DNA of 38,482 bases from a virus. Its lineage: Duplodnaviria; Caudoviricetes. Positions 1-6,784 of this stretch are shown piece by piece. The notes below the pieces were generated by a model that had not been told where the DNA came from, ran no database searches, and saw nothing but the letters and a program-made list of their open reading frames with translations. Position 1 is the first letter of the stretch. Every line of letters starts with the position of its first letter. The stretch lies in the IMG/VR virus record IMGVR_UViG_3300037420_000593, positions 1 through 38,482 of that record; one strand, 5' to 3'. The translations under genes were made by a program, and so were the position numbers.

Positions 1-117
1 CGGGCCAAGATCCGCACCGTCCTCCCGCCTCGTGATGGGCAGTCGAAGCCCTCGAGCAACGGCAAGGCTGCCTCGAAGGGCAAGAAGAAGAAGAAGGACG
101 GCGACACCCCGTTCTGA
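1..117 (+). CDS. 3' end of probable single-stranded DNA-binding protein (partial)
   Basis: Frame 1 reads ...RAKIRTVLPPRDGQSKPSSNGKAASKGKKKKKDGDTPF-stop. The acidic-Pro-Phe C-terminus is typical of SSB tails, and it lies upstream of the replication genes. Confidence 0.55.
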   Translation, partial: RAKIRTVLPPRDGQSKPSSNGKAASKGKKKKKDGDTPF

Positions 118-131
118 TCGAGGTGTTCCTA

Positions 132-170
132 GGAAGGGGCCTCCGGCAACTAATGTCGGTGGCCCCTTCC
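132..170 (+). terminator. Intrinsic terminator-like hairpin (no U tract)
   Basis: GGAAGGGGCC (132-141) pairs with GGCCCCTTCC (161-170), extended by inner CCGGCA/TGTCGG; 14 nt after the stop codon. Confidence 0.7.
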
Positions 171-345
171 GGCTGTGTGGGCCACCCCAGCCCACAACCC
201 CACCGCATCCGTGTTCTATCGGCCTTAGAAAGGCGGAAACCCCTATGGCTCGGCCCCTGGCTAGGTACCGATCTACGAAGACGCACAACCGCCTTCAGTC
301 TGCGGGGCGAGGTGATGCGCGGGAGGGTAGAACGACCGCTCTTCA

Positions 346-500
346 ACTTCTTGTCATTTCCGTCTCCCTCGGCCCCCAGGGAGCTATACCCCCACGGAGT
401 TGCAAAACACCGAGGACCTTGCGTATACGCGTGGGGCCTCTGCGTTTTTCCCGCAGGATCGGCGACGCGGTAGGCGGAGGAGACGGAAATGACAGGAAGT
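346..500 (+). repeat. 22-bp inverted repeat enclosing a 111-nt structured segment (possible ncRNA or cis element)
   Basis: ACTTCTTGTCATTTCCGTCTCC (346-367) vs GGAGACGGAAATGACAGGAAGT (479-500): 21 Watson-Crick pairs plus one U.G. Inner stems CCCCACG/CGTGGGG and CTGCG/CGCAG. Confidence 0.8.
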
Positions 501-623
501 CATTTTAGGGCGTTCGTTGTCGAGGGCAAAGATCGATATAGGCCCTCAACTTTGATGAAGATCGTTTGACTGCAGAGAACAGGTGGTTGCCGGTACAGTG
601 GGCAGCACACCGCAGTATCCGTA

Positions 624-677
624 CTACGTACTACTACTACCTCTTCTCAAAGAGAGAGAGATAGTAGTAGTAAGTAG
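624..677. repeat. Imperfect palindrome of (TAC)n and (GTA)n triplets; candidate replication-origin element
   Basis: CTACGTACTACTACTACCTCTTCTC-AAA-GAGAGAGAGATAGTAGTAGTAAGTAG; AT-rich relative to the genome; upstream of the primase-helicase operon. Confidence 0.6.
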
Positions 678-695
678 GTTAGTTAGGAGCTTGGC

Positions 696-977
696 ATGAC
701 TAGTACCCTCGAGGATTCTGACGCTGATTTGCAGCGTCGGAGGGAGCTCAAGGCGGCTCGTGTGAAGCGCGAACGGGCCAACCGCATCGGCACCAACCTC
801 AAGCCGCACATCAAGGAGATCGTGGAGGGCGAAGCTGCCGCCATGCACATCTCCTCTCGCACCTTCCTTCGGATCCTTGTGTGCGAGGCACTGGAGGCCC
901 GAGGCCACAATCTCGTTCATGCGCTGAAGGAGTGGAAGGAGCGCAACCCCAACGAGACCGAAGACGACGACGAGTGA
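696..977 (+). CDS. Putative ribbon-helix-helix (CopG/Arc-like) DNA-binding protein
   Basis: RBS AGGAG at 685-689. Pattern RIGTNL (strand) - PHIKEIVEGEAAAMH (helix) - ISSRTFLRILVCEAL (helix). Confidence 0.6.
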   Translation: MTSTLEDSDADLQRRRELKAARVKRERANRIGTNLKPHIKEIVEGEAAAMHISSRTFLRILVCEALEARGHNLVHALKEWKERNPNETEDDDE

Positions 978-1216
978 GCGCTGGGAAGCGGAAGCACGCT
1001 TCATCACCAGAGCGCAAAGAGATCAACAAACATCTCTGGCACATGCACGATCAGTTCGTGGGTTCCGGCAGCACCTTGAACCGCATTGTCGAACATGAGG
1101 CATTGCATGCCTCTGGCAACGATCAGGGTTACGCTGGCAAGCCGCTCCACCGGCACGAACCGGGCACCGAGGAGCGCATGGGCGGGGTTGTTCTACATGA
1201 GGGCGAGGGCACATGA
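974..1216 (+). CDS. Hypothetical His-rich protein
   Basis: GTGA overlap with the upstream stop and ATGA overlap with the primase start; fills the gap. Confidence 0.55.
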   Translation: MSAGKRKHASSPERKEINKHLWHMHDQFVGSGSTLNRIVEHEALHASGNDQGYAGKPLHRHEPGTEERMGGVVLHEGEGT

Positions 1217-4095
1217 ACGCAGTTCCGAAGTCCAGTGGGTGGCAAGAGAAGTTCGCCATGTTCCTGACTGGGGAAGTGAACGACAACGGCGAACAGCGGG
1301 GGTTCTGCCCTGTCCACGAGGACCCGGAACAGAGCAAGACTCCCAGCGCTAGTTACAACTTCAGCAAGGGTCAGTTCTACTGCTTCGGTGGTTGCGGTGG
1401 CATGAGCTTCAGCCGCCTATTCAACGTCTGCCGTGAGGAGTGGCCAGAGGCGTTCCCTCGAAAGGGCGGTAGCTCCTCCCCTCCCCAGTCGTCTTCCCGC
1501 AGGGTGCGGTCCATTGACGATGCCCCGTCTAAGAGAGGCGAGGGCGGTGTGCCCCTGCCAGATGATGAGGAAGTCCGTCGGTGGGTCGAGGCTCTCCAGA
1601 AGAGCCCCACGATGCTCGGTGTCATGATGAGCAAGCGAGGGTTGTCTGAGGCAACGATCGAGAAGTTCGAGATCGGCTGGCACAAGGACCGCTTCACCAT
1701 CCCGGTGCGCGACGCGGACGGCGTTCTTCAGAATGTGCGGCGGTACAAGCACAACGCAACGAAGTCCGCCGACAAGATGCTCAACCTGCAAGGGCATGGC
1801 GAGGCCCGTCTGTTCCTGCCGTGGATGCTGAGCGAGCCGGAGATCATCATTACCGAAGGCGAGCTTGACGCCATCATCGGTCAGCATCACGGCCTCCCCA
1901 CCATGAGCCACACAGCCGGGGCGAGTGTGTGGAAGACGCAGTGGAACCCTCTCTTCCAGGATAAGGAGGTGTTCATCTGCTACGACGTAGATGACGCGGG
2001 CACGAACGGTGCCTTGAAGGTTGCCGCTGGCATCAGTCGCTATGCCAAGGCGGTCTACATCATCAAGCTTCCCCTTACGGTAAAGGGGTCTGACCTCACC
2101 AACTACTTCGTCGATCAGGGCTACACCGCCTCTGACTTCCACGCCTTGATGGATGAGACGAGGAAGACGCCATACGGCAAGAAGGCGGCGAAAGACCGGC
2201 TCTCGATGGAGCCGAAGAAGGTCACGCTGGAGCACAGCCTCTCCTCGGACCACAAGGGAGAGCCGCTCGAGATCACTGTGACAGTTGCCGGTAAGGTACA
2301 GCCGCCGTATCTGCTTCCTCGCAAGGTTCGCTACATGTGCGACCAGAGTCTCTCGCAAGCCCAGTGCAGCAAGTGCCCGATGAGCAGTCTGGGCGGCGAC
2401 ATGACCGAGCGCATCAGCAAGGACGATCCGTTCCTTCTGGAGCTAATCGACGTGTCCAAGACCAACGCTGATGCTGCCCTCAAGAGGCGAGCCAACATCA
2501 CCACCCGATGCACGGTTGTCGACATTGAGGCCGAGACCGAGTGGAACGTTGAAGAGCTCGTTGTGCTGCCGTCGGTGGACAATCGCGACGAGCAGACCCA
2601 GACGCCCATCACTCGCAAGGTCTACAACGTCGGCGAGTATGCCACTCCTGTCAACACCACCAGTAGGCTCGTCGGCTTCAACACGGCGGAGCCTAAGAAC
2701 AGCCGGGCGGTGTTCCAGAGTTGGGAGTGCGAGCAGACCAAGACCAACATCGACATCTTCCAGTTGACGCCCGAGCTTCGTCAACAATTGAAGGTGTTCC
2801 AGCCTAGCAAGGGTCAGCCGGTGCTCAAGAAGATGGGCGACATCGCCCGCGACCTAGAGGCCAACGTCACCAAGATCTACGGGCGGGTGCCACTGCATGT
2901 CGCGTACGACGTGGTTTGGCACAGCGTCATGGACTTCAAGTTCAAGGACGTTGTCCTGGGCAAGGGATGGCTCGAGCTTCTGGTGCTCGGTGACACCAGA
3001 ACCGGCAAGAGTGAGGCTGCCCTCCGGCTCAGTGATCACTACAACGCAGGGGTTCTGAAGTCGTGTGAAGGGGCAACCTTCGCGGGTCTGGTGGGCGGTG
3101 CCGAGCAGGCTGGTTCGAAGTCCTGGATGGTGCGCTGGGGAACCATTCCCCTCAACGACAGGCGGCTCGTGGTGCTCGACGAAGTGTCGGGTATTGCGGA
3201 CAAGAACATCATGGAGCAGATGTCCGCCGTTCGGTCGTCAGGTCGTGCACAGATCACCAAGATCGTCAGCCAGGAAACCAGCGCACGAACGCGCCTCATC
3301 TGGATCGGCAACCCTGTCGACGGCACCACCCTCCGGCACATGAACGGGGCCATCGAGGGCATTCAGAAGCTGGTGAAGAACCCCGAGGACATCGCCCGGT
3401 TTGACATGGCGATGGCGGTGGCCAGCGATGAGGTAGAGAGCAGCATCATCAACAGCACCACCCCGCCTCAGGTGCCTCATGTCTACACGAGCGAACTGTG
3501 CAGTGCGTTGGTCTCCTGGGCCTGGAGTCGCAAGGCAGATCAGATCGTGTGGAAGGACGGCACCGAAGACTACGTCCTGCAGGTGGCCGAGGAGATGGGC
3601 GGGCGGTACGTACCGGAGCCACCGCTGATCCAGATTGAGAACGCCCGAGTGAAGCTGGCGCGTATTGCGGTGGCTATCGCTGCCCGCGTCTTCAGTTGCG
3701 ACAAGACGGGCGAGCTCGTTGTCGTAGGCAACGAACACGTTGACGCGGCGGTGCAGTTGCTCGACACGCTCTACGGTGCCGAGCGGTTCGGCTACCAGAG
3801 ACACAGCACCCGCGTCATTCGGGCTGCCAAGCAAGCCGAGCAGAACAAGCGGCAGGCTCGCCTCTACTTGATGGGCGAAGAGAACATCCTCTACACCCTG
3901 CTCCAGTCTCGCGGAGACCTGTTCAAGCCAAGGGACTTCGAGGAATCTGGCAGCATGCACAAGGAGCAAGCGCAAGAAGCAGTGCGGCAACTCGGTCAGC
4001 TCAAAATGATTCGCCGTAGGAGCAAGGGCTACCTCAGCATGGAGCCTGCTCTCGTTGACATTCTGACTGAGTTGGAGGACAGATTCGAAGAGTAG
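1213..4095 (+). CDS. DNA primase-helicase: CHC2 zinc finger + TOPRIM primase + MCM-like AAA+ helicase
   Basis: CPVHED...CFGGC zinc finger; TOPRIM ITEGELDA and YDVDDAG; Cys cluster CDQ...CSKC...C; Walker A LGDTRTGKSE; MCM-like GLVGG...WGTIPLNDRRLVVLDE; arginine finger IARFD. Confidence 0.9.
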   Translation: MNAVPKSSGWQEKFAMFLTGEVNDNGEQRGFCPVHEDPEQSKTPSASYNFSKGQFYCFGGCGGMSFSRLFNVCREEWPEAFPRKGGSSSPPQSSSRRVRSIDDAPSKRGEGGVPLPDDEEVRRWVEALQKSPTMLGVMMSKRGLSEATIEKFEIGWHKDRFTIPVRDADGVLQNVRRYKHNATKSADKMLNLQGHGEARLFLPWMLSEPEIIITEGELDAIIGQHHGLPTMSHTAGASVWKTQWNPLFQDKEVFICYDVDDAGTNGALKVAAGISRYAKAVYIIKLPLTVKGSDLTNYFVDQGYTASDFHALMDETRKTPYGKKAAKDRLSMEPKKVTLEHSLSSDHKGEPLEITVTVAGKVQPPYLLPRKVRYMCDQSLSQAQCSKCPMSSLGGDMTERISKDDPFLLELIDVSKTNADAALKRRANITTRCTVVDIEAETEWNVEELVVLPSVDNRDEQTQTPITRKVYNVGEYATPVNTTSRLVGFNTAEPKNSRAVFQSWECEQTKTNIDIFQLTPELRQQLKVFQPSKGQPVLKKMGDIARDLEANVTKIYGRVPLHVAYDVVWHSVMDFKFKDVVLGKGWLELLVLGDTRTGKSEAALRLSDHYNAGVLKSCEGATFAGLVGGAEQAGSKSWMVRWGTIPLNDRRLVVLDEVSGIADKNIMEQMSAVRSSGRAQITKIVSQETSARTRLIWIGNPVDGTTLRHMNGAIEGIQKLVKNPEDIARFDMAMAVASDEVESSIINSTTPPQVPHVYTSELCSALVSWAWSRKADQIVWKDGTEDYVLQVAEEMGGRYVPEPPLIQIENARVKLARIAVAIAARVFSCDKTGELVVVGNEHVDAAVQLLDTLYGAERFGYQRHSTRVIRAAKQAEQNKRQARLYLMGEENILYTLLQSRGDLFKPRDFEESGSMHKEQAQEAVRQLGQLKMIRRRSKGYLSMEPALVDILTELEDRFEE

Positions 4096-4137
4096 CAACC
4101 CCAACAGGTACTAGGCTTTCACCAAGGAGGGCACCAC

Positions 4138-4278
4138 ATGAAGAAGTTGATCAAGGCCATCTACGAGTTGGTCGATCAGTTGCATGATCTCGGCGTCAAA
4201 CTGGACGGCATCAGCCAGGAGATTGCCGAGGGCAACCGTCAGGCACAGGAGCGCTGGAACAAGAGCGAGGCCCGATGA
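4138..4278 (+). CDS. Small hypothetical helical protein (46 aa)
   Basis: Strong RBS AAGGAGG; MKKLIKAIYELVDQLHDLGVKLDGISQEIAEGNRQAQERWNKSEAR; ATGA overlap with the next gene. Confidence 0.75.
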   Translation: MKKLIKAIYELVDQLHDLGVKLDGISQEIAEGNRQAQERWNKSEAR

Positions 4279-5084
4279 ACGTTCTGATTCTGGGCTGTGG
4301 CCCAGCGGGTCTCATGGCCGCGCATGCGGCGGCGATGTGGGGTCACGACATCAAGATCGTCAGCAAGAAGCGCAAGAGCGAGATGTTCGGTGCGCAGTAT
4401 CTGCACCAGATGATCCCCGGGATCGACTGCGGCAAAGGGCAACTGATCGACTACGTGCTTCAGGGCACCGTCGACGGGTACCGCCGCAAGGTCTACGGGC
4501 CGAGCTACACCGGTAGCGTCAGCGTCGAAGATCTCACCGAGCGGCACATGGCGTGGAACATCCGACGGACGTACGACGAGCTCTGGGACATGTACGGCGG
4601 CTACGTGATCGACATGCTTGTCGAGGGCAACGATCTTCAGATCGGCGGCAAGCTGGCGGAGATCGGGGCCGATCTCGTGATCTCCAGTGTGCCCGCCCCG
4701 TTGCTGTGCATCCGCCCGGAGGAGCACGGCTTCGCTGCCGAGGAGGTCTGGGCCATCGGCGATGCGCCGGAACGCGGCCAGTTCGACCCGGTGCACGCCG
4801 CTCCCGCCAATTCGGTTGTGTGCAACGGAGAACCCGATGTGGGTTGGTACCGCAGCGCCAACGTGTTCGGCCGTTCTACGACCGAGTGGCCGCTGAAGCG
4901 TCGGCCTCCGTTTGAAGGGGTGGCTCAGGTGGTGAAGCCCCTGAAGACGACGTGCGACTGCTTCCCCGCAGTGATGCGCGTCGGTCGATACGGCAAGTGG
5001 GAGAAGGGTGTTCTGGCCCATACGGCGTTCTTCGACGTCGAGGAGAAGTTCTCGGCGATCGGCTTCCAAGAGGCCCTGTTCTGA
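4275..5084 (+). CDS. FAD-dependent oxidoreductase (Rossmann; UDP-galactopyranose mutase/protoporphyrinogen oxidase-like motifs)
   Basis: N-terminal VLILGCGPAGLMAA dinucleotide-binding motif, GAQYLH, DLVISSVP, C-terminal VGRYGKW. Confidence 0.8.
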   Translation: MNVLILGCGPAGLMAAHAAAMWGHDIKIVSKKRKSEMFGAQYLHQMIPGIDCGKGQLIDYVLQGTVDGYRRKVYGPSYTGSVSVEDLTERHMAWNIRRTYDELWDMYGGYVIDMLVEGNDLQIGGKLAEIGADLVISSVPAPLLCIRPEEHGFAAEEVWAIGDAPERGQFDPVHAAPANSVVCNGEPDVGWYRSANVFGRSTTEWPLKRRPPFEGVAQVVKPLKTTCDCFPAVMRVGRYGKWEKGVLAHTAFFDVEEKFSAIGFQEALF

Positions 5085-5719
5085 TGTGGCGGCAGCAGCC
5101 TCCGATCGTCGCCCTGGACGTCGACGGCACCATCGGTGTCTACCATCATCACTTCCATCAGTTCGCGGAGCAGTGGACGGGCAAGAAGCTCCGCAGCGGC
5201 TACGACGGCAGCATGCCGTTCTACAAGTGGCTCGGGTTGTCTAAGGCAACTTATCGAGAGTGCAAGTTCGCCTACCGACGCGGCGGACTGAAGCGTTCGA
5301 TGCCGCACTACACCGGGAGCCGGGAGTTCTCGGTAGCGGTTCGGAAGGCGGGGGCGAGGATCATCATCTGCACCACTCGGCCGTTCCGCTCGCTGGACAA
5401 CATCGAACCAGACACCGTCCACAACCTGAAGCGTCACGGTGTCCAGTTCGACTACATCATCAGCGGAGAGCGCAAGTATCACGACCTGCTCAAGATCCCT
5501 GGCGTACGTAGGGATCAGGTCGTGATGGTGCTTGAGGACCAGGATGACATGCTCGCCCAGGCCCTCCGACTCCGCCTCCCCGCAGTACGGATCCGCCATG
5601 CACACAACGACGTTTGCGACGTCAAAGTGGACGCCGAAGTTGGTAGTCTCGTGATGGCGCAAGAGGTAGCGTTGGCTCGTATTCAGCTTTACAACGAAGG
5701 GAACTGGGCGACCGCATGA
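5084..5719 (+). CDS. HAD-superfamily phosphatase (5'-nucleotidase-like)
   Basis: Motif I VALDVDGT, motif II ICTTR, K, motif IV LEDQDD; TGATG coupling to the upstream gene. Confidence 0.85.
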   Translation: MWRQQPPIVALDVDGTIGVYHHHFHQFAEQWTGKKLRSGYDGSMPFYKWLGLSKATYRECKFAYRRGGLKRSMPHYTGSREFSVAVRKAGARIIICTTRPFRSLDNIEPDTVHNLKRHGVQFDYIISGERKYHDLLKIPGVRRDQVVMVLEDQDDMLAQALRLRLPAVRIRHAHNDVCDVKVDAEVGSLVMAQEVALARIQLYNEGNWATA

Positions 5720-6081
5720 TCGACTACGAGTTCGTTGAGAGCACCGGCAAGACGCCGGTGTTGGTGCTCAAGATGCCGAACGGTATGGAGGGCACCGAAG
5801 CGGCAGCCACGTTGATCTCACTGGCCAGTGTGTTCAACGAGGCCCTGACGGTTGCCCACCACAAGAACGCGATGTACGGCAGCGCATGGCGGCGGCAGGG
5901 TTGGATGGGTAACCTCGCTCGCGTTATGAGCAAGGGCGAACGGCTCAAGAACCTGCTGTGGCGTGACCACGAGAAGTCGGGCGCGGAAGAGGCAGCCACT
6001 GACACCGCTCTCGACATGGTCAACATCATGGGCTTCTTCATGATCAACCGATCCGAGTCAAACAAGTGGGGTACCCGATGA
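5716..6081 (+). CDS. Nucleotide-modification-associated domain 1 (DUF1599-like) all-helical protein
   Basis: KNAMYGSAW...ARVMSKGERLKNL...DTALDMVN matches the remembered KNxDYGxxW...K..R...DT..D..NY pattern of DUF1599 and related dNTP pyrophosphohydrolase-like folds. Confidence 0.7.
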   Translation: MIDYEFVESTGKTPVLVLKMPNGMEGTEAAATLISLASVFNEALTVAHHKNAMYGSAWRRQGWMGNLARVMSKGERLKNLLWRDHEKSGAEEAATDTALDMVNIMGFFMINRSESNKWGTR

Positions 6082-6269
6082 AACAACTGCGTTCGAAGGA
6101 AGTGTGCCCGACGCACGACAGGTGCTCCGTGTGCCGCGAGGTACTCGGGCGGCTGCCAGGTGTCGCCATGCAGACCATCTTCGGGGTCCGGCTGTATCAC
6201 GTTCACTGCGCACCGCCAGCCCTGCGTAAGGCTTACCACGAAAGGGATCTGAGCCAAGATGTCCGGTGA
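6078..6269 (+). CDS. Small Cys/His (zinc-finger-like) protein
   Basis: ATGA overlap; CPTHDRCSVC...HVHC. Confidence 0.6.
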   Translation: MKQLRSKEVCPTHDRCSVCREVLGRLPGVAMQTIFGVRLYHVHCAPPALRKAYHERDLSQDVR

Positions 6270-6519
6270 CTACACCTGGGATCAGATGCCCGAAGAGCTT
6301 GCCCTTCAGTTGTTCGACTTCGCCCAGCGGAGCATCGAGGGCGGGTACGACAACAGTGCTCCGGCTGACGACCTCCTGGAGTGGCTGCAGAACGAGATGA
6401 AGAACTGCGCAGCTACGAAGCTTCAGTGGCCCCGGCTCTCGAGCTTCTGCCCCGACCTGCCCGTCCCGGGGTCGGAGTTCTGCCCCGCCCATCTTCCGAA
6501 GGAGGAAGTCGATGGCTGA
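6259..6519 (+). CDS. Hypothetical protein
   Basis: Phage-like codon usage, RBS AAAGGGA, overlaps its neighbours; C-terminal C..C..CxxH. Confidence 0.7.
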   Translation: MSGDYTWDQMPEELALQLFDFAQRSIEGGYDNSAPADDLLEWLQNEMKNCAATKLQWPRLSSFCPDLPVPGSEFCPAHLPKEEVDG

Positions 6520-6784
6520 CGTTAGTGGCCTCAAGCAAGCAATCTCGGAGATGGGCTACCTGCCGACGTGCACTGTGCGGGACCGCCGTAGCACGATGAA
6601 CGACGATGGGTTCTGGGCGGACGTGTTCGGGATGCCCGAGCCGTTGACCGAGGCCCAGGAGCTCGACGAGTGCTTCGGCATCGAAGCCCCGAACCCCTGC
6701 CCCGAGTGCGGTTCGATCGTTGCTTGCGGCTACGACTCCGAGGGTCGACCGATGATCCACGTCATCGAGGAGACCGATGAGTAG
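6512..6784 (+). CDS. Hypothetical protein with CPECG zinc ribbon
   Basis: RBS AAGGAGG; CPECGSIVACG. Confidence 0.7.
   Translation: MADVSGLKQAISEMGYLPTCTVRDRRSTMNDDGFWADVFGMPEPLTEAQELDECFGIEAPNPCPECGSIVACGYDSEGRPMIHVIEETDE

Noticed and set aside
346-500. Retron or DGR assignment
   Set aside because: No reverse transcriptase (YxDD in an RT context) and no template/variable repeat pair is visible in the window.
171-510. tRNA, tmRNA or CRISPR array in the non-coding region
   Set aside because: No cloverleaf with a T-loop/CCA and no regularly spaced direct repeats. Recorded only as an unexplained structured element.
566-599. TTGACT ... TACAGT sigma-70-like promoter
   Set aside because: The spacer is 22 nt, too long for a canonical promoter.
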